Shown in pieces: positions 16,637-26,358 of a DNA stretch of 33,130 bases. The DNA lies in NCBI GenBank assembly GCA_964456565.1, contig CAYWBU010000003.1:1-33130 (forward strand), given 5' to 3'. A model generated the notes under the pieces. It was given only the letters and a program-made list of their open reading frames with translations, was not told where the DNA came from and ran no database searches. This DNA is from an uncultured Bacteriovoracaceae bacterium (GTDB taxonomy: Bacteria > Desulfobacterota > Desulfomonilia > UBA1062). Positions within the stretch are counted from its first letter, which is position 1. Each line of letters starts with the position of its first letter. The position numbers and the translations under genes were made by a program.

Positions 16637-18634
16637 TTATTCAAGCACCGCCGTAAGCGTCTCCAGCCGGAAAGGTTTCTGGATAAACCCGTCACACCTG
16701 TCCAACAGTGCTTTTACAGTGGTCTCATCCCGGCCGTAACCGCTGGAAAGGATTATCTTCACCGCGGGATTTATGTTTCTGAGGCCTTCAATCAGCTGAT
16801 CCGGCTGCATGCCGGGCATGACCATGTCGATGATGGCCATGTCGATTTCGTCGCTGTGGTGCCGGAAGGCTTCAAGGGCCTGGTCGCCGCTGGTGGCGGT
16901 GATGACCCGGCAACCCAGGTGTTTGAGCATCTCGGGAGCCACCTGCATGACCATGTCCTCATCATCGGCCAGCAGGACGGTTATGTCCCGGGGTTCAATC
17001 GCGGCATTTTTCTGCGGATTGGTGCTTGTACTGGCAGATTCCGGGGGCAGCGGCAGATAAATAAAGAAGGTGCTGCCCTGCCCCTCTTTGCTTTTGACTG
17101 TAATGGTGCCGCCGTGTTTCTTTATGATGCCGTAGGCGCTGGCGAGGCCGAGACCGGTCCCGTGGCCTTTTTCCTTGGTGGAGAAGAACGGTTCAAATAT
17201 TCGGCTGAGGTGTTCGTCCTTGATGCCGCAACCGCTGTCCTTGATGCTGATTACGGCATATTCGGCCGGATTGATGTTCAGGACCTTTGCCTGCCGCAGG
17301 ACGATGGTTTTTCTGAATGATGAGATCTCCAGTTCTCCTCCCTGGGGCATGGCCTGCCAGGCATTGACAAAGATGTTCAGCAGGACCTGTTCCAGCTGGC
17401 CGCGGTCGGTTTCGGCGCAGGGCAGTTGGGGCTCCAGACAGAGCGAGATCGTGATTTCACGTTTTGAACGGCCGAAGATGTCGGCGCTTTCCCTGATGAT
17501 TTCATTGAGGTCGCAGGGTAAAAGCTGGTGGGAGTCTTCCCTGGCAAAGCCGAGGAGTTGTCCGGCAAGTTCGGCGCCCCGTTCGACATAGTGTTCGATG
17601 TTCTTTATCCGCTGGCAGGTATGTTCATCGGGTTGCGATTCGACCAGAATCAGGGAGGTATATCCCTGGATTCCGGTGAGGATATTGTTGAAGTCATGCA
17701 CAATACCTCCGGCCAGGGTTCCGAGGGCCTCCATCTTCTGGGCATGGAAGAGCTGCTTTTCAAGCTGTTCCTTCTGGGATTCGGCCAGTTTGCGTTTGGA
17801 GATGTCCCGGGCAATGATCACAATGCCGGTGGGCTGGTCGTCGCTGCCCCGCAGAAAAGAACGCTTGACCTCAATCCAGATACAGTGGCCGTCTTTATGG
17901 CGGGCCTTCATTTCCAGGTTGCCGGATCGCAGGTCATCTTTTTGCGGCAGGCTGTCGACCCGGATAGCCTGCGAGAGGTCTTGGGCCGCGACGCTGATGC
18001 TCTCCTCCGGCAGGATATCGGTGATCTTGAGCTGCATAAGCTCGTCTGTGGCATAACCGAAGATTGTGGATGCCGAAGGCGAGACAAAGGTGAAGTTTAG
18101 CTCCATATCAAGGGTGCAGAGGATATCCTTGGATTTTTCAACCAGCAGACGGTAGCGATCGGCATTTCTGAGGAGGCTCAGGTGATTGCCGTCCGTGGGG
18201 ATATCGGTCATGGCTCCGCCGATTCCGATCTTTTCGCCGGCCCGGATTATGGGACTGGTGAAGGAGAGCATATGGGTCAGTGATCCGTCGGAGGCCTTGA
18301 TCCTGAAATCGTAAGGACGACAGAGCCCCTCCAGGTTGCCGGCCATGAATTTTTTTATGCGGGGCAGGTCTTCCGGGCAGATGAAGTTCTCAAAGGGCCG
18401 GCCGATGATCTCCGCGGCACTCAATCCGCTGAATCTGGAGATGATGCTGTTGGCGTAGGTGAAACAGCCTTCGCAGTTGAGGGTGAAGAAGGCCAGGTGG
18501 CTGTTTTTGATCAGGCCCTGAAAGAGGGCTTCCTGTTCCTGAAGAGTTTCATTGATCTTGCGGTAGGATGCCAGCTCGTTTTCCAGATCCCTGACCCGGT
18601 GGCGAAGCTCGTCATAGGTGGGTTGAACGCTCAT
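16637..18634 (-). CDS. PAS-domain hybrid sensor histidine kinase (PAS x3, HisKA, HATPase_c, REC).
   Basis: The H-box is GGIVHDFNNILTGIQGY. The N, G1 and G2 boxes are NIFVNAWQA, DSGCGI and GTGLGL. The C-terminal REC has LLADDED, IIDMVMPGM and IQKPF. A GAGGAGG Shine-Dalgarno precedes the start. Confidence 0.85.
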   Translation of the reverse strand: MSVQPTYDELRHRVRDLENELASYRKINETLQEQEALFQGLIKNSHLAFFTLNCEGCFTYANSIISRFSGLSAAEIIGRPFENFICPEDLPRIKKFMAGNLEGLCRPYDFRIKASDGSLTHMLSFTSPIIRAGEKIGIGGAMTDIPTDGNHLSLLRNADRYRLLVEKSKDILCTLDMELNFTFVSPSASTIFGYATDELMQLKITDILPEESISVAAQDLSQAIRVDSLPQKDDLRSGNLEMKARHKDGHCIWIEVKRSFLRGSDDQPTGIVIIARDISKRKLAESQKEQLEKQLFHAQKMEALGTLAGGIVHDFNNILTGIQGYTSLILVESQPDEHTCQRIKNIEHYVERGAELAGQLLGFAREDSHQLLPCDLNEIIRESADIFGRSKREITISLCLEPQLPCAETDRGQLEQVLLNIFVNAWQAMPQGGELEISSFRKTIVLRQAKVLNINPAEYAVISIKDSGCGIKDEHLSRIFEPFFSTKEKGHGTGLGLASAYGIIKKHGGTITVKSKEGQGSTFFIYLPLPPESASTSTNPQKNAAIEPRDITVLLADDEDMVMQVAPEMLKHLGCRVITATSGDQALEAFRHHSDEIDMAIIDMVMPGMQPDQLIEGLRNINPAVKIILSSGYGRDETTVKALLDRCDGFIQKPFRLETLTAVLE

Positions 18635-18743
18635 GCCATCCCCTCCTCAAATGGATAACAACTTGCTATATTTTCAGTGAAAACAGGCAGCAAGTCAACC
18701 GCTTTGATATTTGACATTGATCAGACGGTCTTATCTGTCGGTG

Positions 18744-18774
18744 CAGGGGGCGTCTTATCGTAAGACGCCCCCTG
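18744..18774 (-). terminator. Strong GC-rich hairpin immediately 3' of thiC; a putative terminator with a poor U-tract.
   Basis: The stem GGGGGCGTCTTA-TCG-TAAGACGCCCCC is 12 bp and perfect (18746..18772). It lies 6 nt after the thiC stop. Confidence 0.45.
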
Positions 18775-18778
18775 AGAT

Positions 18779-20062
18779 TCAATGCCCGCCGATTTCGTTG
18801 AGACGTTTGATGGCGCAGAATTCACCGCACATGGTGCAGACATCATCCTGACCGATTTCACTGGATTTCCTGAAGTTCCGGGCGCGGTCAGGATCCAGGG
18901 CCAAACGGATCTGGCTGTCCCAGTCCAGTTCCTTGCGGGCCACTGCCATGGCCCGATCGCGTTCGACGGCGTAGGGCATGCCCAGCGCGAGGTCGGCGGC
19001 GTGGGCGGCGATCCTGGATGCCACCACGCCTTCGATGACATCATCCTTGGTGGGCAGGCGCAGATGCTCGGCCGGGGTCAGGTAGCACAGGAAGTCCGCG
19101 CCATGCATGGCGGCCAGAGTGCCGCCGATGGCGCCGGCAATATGGTCATAGCCGGCGGCACAGTCGGTCACCAGAGGCCCCAGGACATAGAACGGGGCCC
19201 CCTGGCAGAGGGTCTTTTCCAGTTTCATGGTTTCAACCACCATGTTGAGTGGCACATGCCCGGGGCCTTCGATCATGACCTGGACGCCCCGGTCCCAGGC
19301 GCGCTGGGTCAGTTCGCCCAGGATGAGCAGTTCCGCGATCTGGGCGCGGTCGGTGGCGTCGGCCGTGGCGCCGGGACGCATGCCGTCGCCCAGCGAGATG
19401 GTCACATCATATTCGGCCAGCACGTCCAGGATGGCGTCATAGTGTTCAAAGAGCGGCGATTCGCAGCCGTTGGTCTTGATCCAGGCCACCAGGAAGCTTC
19501 CGCCGCGGCTGACAACATCGAGCGTGCGGCCCTGGTTTTCCATGGCCTGCAGGGTTTGCCGGTTGATGCCGGAGTGGATGGTCATGAAGTCCACGCCGTC
19601 GCGGGCCTGGCGCTCGATGGTCTTCAGGTAGTCATCGATATGCATGTCCGTGATGTCGCGTCCGGCAGCGGCCAGCTCGAAGCCGGTCTGGTAGATGGGT
19701 ACCGTGCCCACCATGACCGGAGAACGGCGGATGATCTCGCGTCTGATCTCGATCTGCTGGGGTCCCAGCGAAAGGTCCATTATGGCGTCGGCGCCGTGTT
19801 CGACGGCGGCCTCCAGCTTTTCAAGCTCCTCCTGCAGGTCCATGTGATAGGGACTGACGCCGATGTTGGCATTGATCTTGGTCCGGAGTCCCTTGCCGAT
19901 GGCCCGTTTCAGCGGCAGGTCGCGGTTTTTGTTCTGAGGGATAACGATTGATCCCTCGGAAATGCCGTTGCGGATATATTCGTAGGTGGTATCCTCATAT
20001 TCCGCCACGGCCCTCATTGCGTCGGTTATGATGCCCGCTTGGGCTTTTTGTTTTAAGGTCAT
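18779..20062 (-). CDS. thiC: Phosphomethylpyrimidine synthase ThiC (radical SAM).
   Basis: It has ThiC-typical sequence, including the C-terminal CTMCGEFCAIK Fe-S motif. An ATGA overlap couples it to thiE. Confidence 0.92.
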   Translation of the reverse strand: MTLKQKAQAGIITDAMRAVAEYEDTTYEYIRNGISEGSIVIPQNKNRDLPLKRAIGKGLRTKINANIGVSPYHMDLQEELEKLEAAVEHGADAIMDLSLGPQQIEIRREIIRRSPVMVGTVPIYQTGFELAAAGRDITDMHIDDYLKTIERQARDGVDFMTIHSGINRQTLQAMENQGRTLDVVSRGGSFLVAWIKTNGCESPLFEHYDAILDVLAEYDVTISLGDGMRPGATADATDRAQIAELLILGELTQRAWDRGVQVMIEGPGHVPLNMVVETMKLEKTLCQGAPFYVLGPLVTDCAAGYDHIAGAIGGTLAAMHGADFLCYLTPAEHLRLPTKDDVIEGVVASRIAAHAADLALGMPYAVERDRAMAVARKELDWDSQIRLALDPDRARNFRKSSEIGQDDVCTMCGEFCAIKRLNEIGGH

Positions 20063-21078
20063 GTCTGCTCCAGGAATTTTTTGTTTAGTCTGTCCATTTC
20101 AGTGAAGGGGTCGGCCGCCAGGCTGACCGTGCTGATAACGGCCGCGTTGTTGCAGCCGAAATCTTTGATGGTCTCCAGGTTGGCGGCCGTGAGGCCGCCG
20201 ATGGCCACTACCGGATGCGGGGATGCTTTGCAGGCCCGGCCGAGCTGTTCCGGGCCGGTGACCGGGTCGGGCTCGGATTTGGATGCGGTGGTGAAGACCG
20301 GGCCGAACCCGATGTAGTCAAGCGGCATCCCGGCACCGGCCACAACCTGGGTAAGGTTGTGGGTCGACAGCCCCAGGATGGCCTGCGGCCCCAGCAGCGT
20401 TCTCGCCTGCACCGGATCAATGTCGTGCTGACCCAGATGCACTCCGTCGGCCTCGGCCAGCAGGGCGATGTCCGGCCGATCATTGATGATCAGGGCGGTG
20501 GAACTGCCGGCGGTAATGGACTTCAGACGTCCGGCGATCTCAAGATGCCGGCGGTCATCCGGGCCCTTGTATCTGAGTTGCAGCAGGGGAATTTCAGCCC
20601 GGACGGCCATCTCGGCCAGGGCTTCATAGCCGGCCGGGGGCTCGCTCAATATCAGATACAGGCCTTTGGGGAGTTCTTTGGCGGAACGGGTGGCGATCAG
20701 ACGTTCGAGCTCATAGGTCCGGTAGCGGATAGCCTTGAACTGGATGCCGGCATCAGGATTGCCGGTTTTGCAGAGCTCTTCAAGGACCCGCAGGCCCTCC
20801 TGGGCCCGTTTCAGGTTGGCCCGCACAGTTGCACCGGTGTCAGGCCGCCGGTTTTCGAGCTCGCCCCTGGCGGCAAAACCCACATCAGCCAGCGGTTTGC
20901 GGCTGAGCACCAGGGCAGAGCTGGGGATCACGGTCATTACCGCATGCCGGATGGCCTTGGTCTCCTGCTGGATTGCGGCATCGTCATGGCCGTAGCGGAA
21001 GATGTCCTCCACCACGCGCAGGCCTTCGGTCACCCGGTTGAGGTTGGCATCGATGGCGCGCGCCGGATTTTTGATCAT
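20059..21078 (-). CDS. thiE: Thiamine-phosphate synthase ThiE, long form with an N-terminal helical extension of about 125 aa.
   Basis: The C-terminal two thirds carry ThiE motifs ([48 protein letters not shown]). The N-terminal part contains two copies of an ANLxRxxEGLRVxE-like motif. Confidence 0.85.
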   Translation of the reverse strand: MIKNPARAIDANLNRVTEGLRVVEDIFRYGHDDAAIQQETKAIRHAVMTVIPSSALVLSRKPLADVGFAARGELENRRPDTGATVRANLKRAQEGLRVLEELCKTGNPDAGIQFKAIRYRTYELERLIATRSAKELPKGLYLILSEPPAGYEALAEMAVRAEIPLLQLRYKGPDDRRHLEIAGRLKSITAGSSTALIINDRPDIALLAEADGVHLGQHDIDPVQARTLLGPQAILGLSTHNLTQVVAGAGMPLDYIGFGPVFTTASKSEPDPVTGPEQLGRACKASPHPVVAIGGLTAANLETIKDFGCNNAAVISTVSLAADPFTEMDRLNKKFLEQT

Positions 21079-21851
21079 GACGGCAGTCCGGCGATCATCA
21101 TCTCGGCGGCCTTCTGCCCGGAGAGCAGCATTCCGCCGAAGACCGGCCCCATCCGGTAGCCGCCGCAGACGCCGTTGGCCGCCATGCCGCTTACAAAGAG
21201 GCCGGGATAGATCTCACGCGTGTTTTCAACGGTGTGCATTTCGCCCAGGTCGGCGTCCATGGATTTTTCGCCGACAATGCCGCCGGTGGGGGTGTCGATC
21301 CTGACGCCCATCTTGCGGGTCAGGGCCGCGGTGACATTGGACGGGTGCCCGGTTGCATCAAGCACATAGGTGGAATGCAGGGTCAGGGGGTCGATGTGCA
21401 GCCCGGTCATCTCGGTGGTGGCCCAGTTGATGACGAGCCCGGCGACACGGTTGTTCTTGTAGACGATGTCCTCCATGCTGATCATGTTGAAGATCTTAAG
21501 CCCGGCCCTGACGGCCTTGTGGATCAGGGTGGCGGTCACGTCGATGGAATCCAGAGTGTAGTAGCCGGCGGCATACCGCTTGGGAGTCAGGTCAAATTCA
21601 TCAAGAACGGTCTTGCCCTCATCCTGGACGACGATCTCGTTGAACATCATGCCGCCGCCCCAGATGCCGCCGCCGATTGAAAGTTTCTTTTCAAACATGG
21701 CAACTTTTTTGCCGGCCTTGGCCAGATAATAGCCGGCCACCAGACCTGAAGGGCCGGCCCCCACGATGGCGACATCAAGTTCGAGGGCATCCTTCAGTTT
21801 GGCACAGTAGGTATCGATAATGGCCTTGGTGATGGTAACTTCGTTAAGCAT
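21075..21851 (-). CDS. thi4: Thi4-family ADP-thiazole synthase, of the non-suicidal, sulfide-dependent type.
   Basis: It has the dinucleotide-binding motif [11 protein letters not shown]. The active-site region is LDATGHPS, with no Cys where yeast THI4 has its sacrificial Cys (recalled). The ATG at 21851 has GGAGGA upstream. The tracked start at 22031 would read through the riboswitch. Confidence 0.8.
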   Translation of the reverse strand: MLNEVTITKAIIDTYCAKLKDALELDVAIVGAGPSGLVAGYYLAKAGKKVAMFEKKLSIGGGIWGGGMMFNEIVVQDEGKTVLDEFDLTPKRYAAGYYTLDSIDVTATLIHKAVRAGLKIFNMISMEDIVYKNNRVAGLVINWATTEMTGLHIDPLTLHSTYVLDATGHPSNVTAALTRKMGVRIDTPTGGIVGEKSMDADLGEMHTVENTREIYPGLFVSGMAANGVCGGYRMGPVFGGMLLSGQKAAEMMIAGLPS

Positions 21852-21854
21852 GGT

Positions 21855-22022
21855 TATCCTCCATAATTTTTTGGAGGTGGTTAACTTGAGAGGTCCGTTG
21901 TGAACATCAGGAAAAAGCTCAAGGCCCTTTTCCGGCAGGTAAATGCCTAATCCCTCCGCTGGTATTAACCAGATCAGGTTCAACGGGTATAATCTCAGGC
22001 TGTTAAGCCACCCCTTAGGTGG
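21855..22022 (-). ncRNA. TPP (THI-box) riboswitch: aptamer at about 21946..22019 plus an expression platform that sequesters the Shine-Dalgarno.
   Basis: The minus strand reads CCUAAGGGGUGGCUUAACAGCCUGAGAUUAUACCCGUUGAACCUGAUCUGGUUAAUACCAGCGGAGGGAUUAGG. This contains the conserved CUGAGA, ACCUGAUCUGG.UAAUACCAGCG and AGGGA elements, with P1 formed by CCUAA/UUAGG. Downstream, CCUCCA-AAAAAUU-AUGGAGG (21858..21877) pairs an anti-SD with the thi4 Shine-Dalgarno. Confidence 0.88.
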
Positions 22023-22026
22023 CCTG

Positions 22027-22056
22027 AACATAGCGCGGGACAGCCGGCGGTGTCAA
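22027..22056 (-). promoter_or_regulatory. Candidate sigma70 promoter of the thi operon.
   Basis: The minus strand has TTGACA (22051..22056), an 18-nt spacer and TATGTT (22027..22032). It sits just upstream of the riboswitch and just downstream of the kinase stop codon. Confidence 0.5.
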
Positions 22057-22064
22057 GCTGCGGC

Positions 22065-25000
22065 TTATATTTCCTGGTCCACCGTGGCTTTGAGTCGGGA
22101 GAAGATTTCTTCAAAAGAGCTTATTAGGGGCTCAACTTCACTGAGGTCCGCGGATTTGCCGGCGCACTCTATTTTGTAGGCCGTTTCTTTGAGCAGGGGG
22201 GCTTCGATGTTGGCGGAGGCCCCTTTGACGGCATGTCCCAGCAGGCGGATGCGGGCCGCATCCCCGTCCCTGAGAGCCTCTTTGAGTTCCTGAAGCTGTT
22301 CCGGGGTCTTTTCAATATAAACTTTGATCACCCGCTGCATCAGGTCAACATTGCCGTTGATCCTTTCAAGGAAGGCTGTGCGGTCAAATAACTTGAGATC
22401 GGTGGTCGGTTTGTCTGGTGCTGCAGTTTTTTGAGGGGGTGCCGAGGTATCGTCGATACTGATCTGGCGTCTGATGGCCTCGTCAATTTCTTCGGGCCTG
22501 AAGGGCTTGGCCACATAGTCGTCCATGCCGGCATCCAGGCAGCGGGCCCTGTCCTGTTTGAGGGCATGGGCGGTCATGGCGATTATGGCGATGTCATGTC
22601 TTTTGACCTTTGAACGGGGGTCCCTGATGATGCGGGTGGCTTCAAACCCGTCCATTTCCGGCATCTGCAGATCCATGAGAACCAGATCATATTCATCGTT
22701 TTTGCTGAGGGCCTCGACCGCCTCTTTACCGTTTGCGGTAATGGTGTAATGGTATCCGAGCTTGTCAAGGATGCCGCAGGCCACGGCCTGGTTGACCTCA
22801 TTGTCTTCCACGATCAGGGTTTTCAGGTTCTGGCGGCTGACCGGTATGGGGCAGGATGAAATTGGCTTTTCGGCCGCCAGTCCACCGCCAAGGGCCCGAG
22901 ACAGACTCTCCGCCAAGACCGACCGCTTGACCGGTTTGCTGATGTAATCGGCAAAACCGACTGATTTCATGTGGGCGGCCTCTCCGGGGCGGTCAGCTGA
23001 TGTGATCATGACCATGACGGTATTTTTGAGATCAGGATCTGCCAGGATTTCCTTGCCAAGGGTTTCGCCGTCCATTCCCGGCATCTGCATGTCGATGATT
23101 GCCAGCGAGAACGGGTGCCCGTCTTTGCAGGCCTGTCGCAGGATGGCCAGGGCCTCGTCGGCATCGGCGGCATCCCGGGGCAGGGCACCCCACTGGGTCA
23201 GGTGGTCCTTGAGGATGCTGCGGTTGGTGGCATTGTCGTCCACGATCAGGATTCGATGGTTGCGGATGTTGCCGGAGGCAACTTCACGCGGTTTGCGTCC
23301 TTTGGGCTGTTTGTTGAGCAGGATCGTGAACCAGAAGGTGGCCCCCTTGCCTTCGGTGCTTTCGACTCCGATTTTGCCACCCATCATTTCGGTCAGGCGT
23401 TTGGAAATGGCCAGACCAAGACCGGTCCCGCCATATTTGCGGGTGATGGAGGCGTCCTCCTGGGTGAACGGACCGAAAAGGGAGGTCAGCTTTTTCTTTC
23501 TGATGCCGATGCCGGTATCGGATACGCTGAAGCGGATGATGGCCTGTTTGTCGGTCTCGGCCGCCAATGTAACCCGGATGATCACTTCGCCCCGGCTGGT
23601 GAATTTTATGGCGTTGCCCACCAGGTTCAGGATGACCTGGCGGATGCGGCTGGGATCGCCCTGCAGCAGGGACGGGACATTGTGTTCAACAATGCAGCTC
23701 AGTTCCAGACCTTTTTCATGGGCGCGAAAAGCCACGATATCGCTGATGTCCTCCATTGTCTGGCGCAGGTCAAAATCGATATTTTCAATTTCCATCTTGC
23801 CGGCTTCGATCTTGGAAAAGTCCAGGATATCATTGACAATTGTAAGCAGGGCTTCGCCGCTGCGCTGGGCCGTTTCGGCGTAACGCTGCTGTTCGGGCGA
23901 GAGCTGGCTGTTCATCAGCAGTTCCACCATACCGATCACGCCGTTCATGGGAGTTCGGATTTCATGGCTCATGTTGGCCAGGAATTCGCTCTTGGCAATG
24001 TTGGCCATCTCGGCATCGGCGGCCAGCTTGTTGACGCGGTTGATGGAGTCCTCCAGTTCGCGGTTGATGGCATCGGTCTCTTCCTTGGCCCGCCGCAGGG
24101 CGTTTTCGGCCAGGCGCCGATCACTGATGTCCCGGGTTATTCCCACGACCTCATACAGCTTGCCGCTGGCGTTGTAGAGGAAGGATAGTTTGGACTCGGT
24201 CCAGATGCTGGAGCCATCTTTGGTCAGCATTTCCAGTTCGATGACCTCGGACTCATCAATCGGAGCACAGGAGCTGTCTTTAATGGGAATCTGGGCGTAG
24301 CGGTCGAAAAGGGCCTTGAACCGGCGGTATGATTCTGAGGTCATTGTCTGCTCAAGCGGCAGGTCCAGGGTCTCTTTCTTCCTGTATCCGAGAAGCTTTT
24401 CCTGAGATGGGCTGAGGTAGGTGTAGTGCATATGGGGGTCCATGGTCCAGATGACATCCTGGACATTACCCGCCAGCAGCTGATAACGTTTCTCACCCTG
24501 CTGGATTTTTTCCTCGGCCTCCTTGAATTCGGTGATATCGGCCATGATGCCGTTGATTCCGACCGGCTGGTTGTTTTCGTCGTAGATGACCCGACTGGAG
24601 GTGCGCAGATAGACGATGTTTCCATTCTTGTGAATGCCGCGGAATTCATAAACCGGCGGATAATTGCCGGTTTCAAATGCGGTGGCAATGTGTTGGGCCA
24701 GGGCCTGGTAGTCGTCAGGGTGAACGAAACGGCTGAGGTGGGTGCCGGTAATCTCCTCCGGATCATATCCGCTGATGGATTTGCAGATCGGGCTCATGAA
24801 GGTGAAGACGCCTTCAATGTTGACGGCGTAAGTGGCATCGTTGATGTTTTCAATCAGGTTGCGGTATTTTTTTTCGGATTCTTCGAGGTCGTGGCGGGCT
24901 TTCACCTGGTCGGTTATATCGGTAAGGATGCCGTTGATCCCGATAATCTTGCCGTTTTTCAGGATGAAACGGTTGGATGATCTGATGTGGATGATATGGC

Positions 25001-26123
25001 CGTTTTTGTGGACTATCCTGAAAATATATTCCGGGAAAAAGACACCTTCGTTCACGGCTTTGATGAAATCTTCGGTGAAACCGGGGAGATCGTCGGCGAA
25101 GATGAAATCTTCATAGCTGCTGCCCAGGACCTCTTCCGGGGAATAGCCGGCAATGTTGCGGATTACAGGACTTATATATTTTATGTATCCGGCCGCGTTA
25201 ATGGAAAAGCTGGCATCATTGATATTTTCCACCAGTTCGCGGAACTGGGCCTCTGATTTCTCAAGCGCCAGCCGCGAGTGCACCTGTTCGGTTATATCGG
25301 AGAGGATGCCGTTGATGCCGGCGATGCGATAGGAGTCATAGCGCAGCCGGCTGGAAGTCCTGACATGGATGGCGGCTCCGCTACGGGTAATGATCCGGAA
25401 CTCGCAGATGAACTGCAGGTCGCCCTTCATGGCCATATTGAAGCGGTGGGTGATTTCGTCAATGTCGTCGGGGTGGATGTGGTCCAGGAAAGAATGACCG
25501 ACAAGTTCTTCGGGGCTGTAGCCCGAAACGGTCTTGATTGTCGGGCTCAGGTAATTTATTCGTCCGGAGGGGTCAACGCTGAAGGCCACATCATTGATGT
25601 TTTCCACCAGCGAACGGTATTTTTCCTCGGATTCCCTGAGTGAATTTTCGACCTGCTTGCATTGGCTGATATCCCTGGAGATGGTTATGAATCCGCATAT
25701 GTTCTGGCTCTCGTCCTTGAGAAAATCAAGTCGGGTTTCAACCCATAGCAGGGAGCCGTCCTTGCTGAAGGCCTGCATCTCCCAGGGCGGTATGGTTTTT
25801 TCAGGGGTGGCCCCATTTGTTATCTGCCGGATCGTTTCCGCTTTGGCATCGACCAGTTCCGCATATTCGGGCGGGACAAAATCGGTAATGGTTTTTTCGG
25901 TCAGCTGCCAGTTGATGAAATCTTCGATCCGGTAGCCGGCCAGGTTTTCGATGGCCGGGGACGCGTAGACAATCCGGAAATCATTGTCCCAGAGGATTAT
26001 GAAATCCTTGATGTTTGAGGAGATTGCCCTGAAGACAGGGTTGTTTCTGAAGAGGTCGGCCTCTTTTGTGCGGAAATCACATATCTCGCGATTAAGCTCG
26101 TTTTCTACGGGCATATCAGCCAT
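22065..26123 (-). CDS. Large multi-PAS hybrid sensor histidine kinase (about 5-6 PAS, HisKA, HATPase_c, REC, REC, HPt).
   Basis: The H-box is [17 protein letters not shown], and it has GTGLGLAIS. The two receivers carry [18 protein letters not shown] and [18 protein letters not shown]. The C-terminal HPt motif is [18 protein letters not shown] Shine-Dalgarno precedes the start. Confidence 0.9.
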   Translation of the reverse strand: MADMPVENELNREICDFRTKEADLFRNNPVFRAISSNIKDFIILWDNDFRIVYASPAIENLAGYRIEDFINWQLTEKTITDFVPPEYAELVDAKAETIRQITNGATPEKTIPPWEMQAFSKDGSLLWVETRLDFLKDESQNICGFITISRDISQCKQVENSLRESEEKYRSLVENINDVAFSVDPSGRINYLSPTIKTVSGYSPEELVGHSFLDHIHPDDIDEITHRFNMAMKGDLQFICEFRIITRSGAAIHVRTSSRLRYDSYRIAGINGILSDITEQVHSRLALEKSEAQFRELVENINDASFSINAAGYIKYISPVIRNIAGYSPEEVLGSSYEDFIFADDLPGFTEDFIKAVNEGVFFPEYIFRIVHKNGHIIHIRSSNRFILKNGKIIGINGILTDITDQVKARHDLEESEKKYRNLIENINDATYAVNIEGVFTFMSPICKSISGYDPEEITGTHLSRFVHPDDYQALAQHIATAFETGNYPPVYEFRGIHKNGNIVYLRTSSRVIYDENNQPVGINGIMADITEFKEAEEKIQQGEKRYQLLAGNVQDVIWTMDPHMHYTYLSPSQEKLLGYRKKETLDLPLEQTMTSESYRRFKALFDRYAQIPIKDSSCAPIDESEVIELEMLTKDGSSIWTESKLSFLYNASGKLYEVVGITRDISDRRLAENALRRAKEETDAINRELEDSINRVNKLAADAEMANIAKSEFLANMSHEIRTPMNGVIGMVELLMNSQLSPEQQRYAETAQRSGEALLTIVNDILDFSKIEAGKMEIENIDFDLRQTMEDISDIVAFRAHEKGLELSCIVEHNVPSLLQGDPSRIRQVILNLVGNAIKFTSRGEVIIRVTLAAETDKQAIIRFSVSDTGIGIRKKKLTSLFGPFTQEDASITRKYGGTGLGLAISKRLTEMMGGKIGVESTEGKGATFWFTILLNKQPKGRKPREVASGNIRNHRILIVDDNATNRSILKDHLTQWGALPRDAADADEALAILRQACKDGHPFSLAIIDMQMPGMDGETLGKEILADPDLKNTVMVMITSADRPGEAAHMKSVGFADYISKPVKRSVLAESLSRALGGGLAAEKPISSCPIPVSRQNLKTLIVEDNEVNQAVACGILDKLGYHYTITANGKEAVEALSKNDEYDLVLMDLQMPEMDGFEATRIIRDPRSKVKRHDIAIIAMTAHALKQDRARCLDAGMDDYVAKPFRPEEIDEAIRRQISIDDTSAPPQKTAAPDKPTTDLKLFDRTAFLERINGNVDLMQRVIKVYIEKTPEQLQELKEALRDGDAARIRLLGHAVKGASANIEAPLLKETAYKIECAGKSADLSEVEPLISSFEEIFSRLKATVDQEI

Positions 26124-26213
26124 TAAAAATCCTCCGGCACTCCAGTGCAGCGGGGCTGTTAATTTCCATGGCAGTGATAATACGACCTGCCTTCATAATT
26201 TTCAATGCGGCGC

Positions 26214-26242
26214 ATTATACTTAACCGCCCCTGATTTAACAA
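26214..26242 (-). promoter_or_regulatory. Candidate sigma70 promoter for the 1352-aa kinase gene.
   Basis: The minus strand has TTGTTA (26237..26242), a 17-nt spacer and a perfect TATAAT (26214..26219). This predicts a 5' UTR of about 85 nt. Confidence 0.5.
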
Positions 26243-26358
26243 CAGCTTATCGCAGGGTGGATCTGTTTATTATCACATGTGATTTTTGTGGTTTATCTTG
26301 TGGGTCTTTGTCACAAAAAGCTGTTTTGCCACCCCTGGGTTTGTGCTAGACTGCTGTT

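Noticed and set aside
18782-19951. A 389-aa ORF antisense to thiC. Similar long antisense or off-frame ORFs occur at 12362..13285, 20215..21159, 21234..21680, 22969..23883, 23115..24188, 3873..4874, 6449..7246, 5661..6443, 7959..8486 and 8730..9419.
   Set aside because: These are shadow ORFs typical of GC-rich coding DNA. They have Gly/Asp/Arg/His-rich compositions and no motifs. Each fully overlaps a gene with an unmistakable family signature on the other strand or in another frame.
26318-26340. A sigma54-type promoter (minus-strand TGGCAAAACAGCTTTTTG).
   Set aside because: A GG is present, but the -12 GC element is not at the required spacing. The match to TGGCAC-N5-TTGC is poor.
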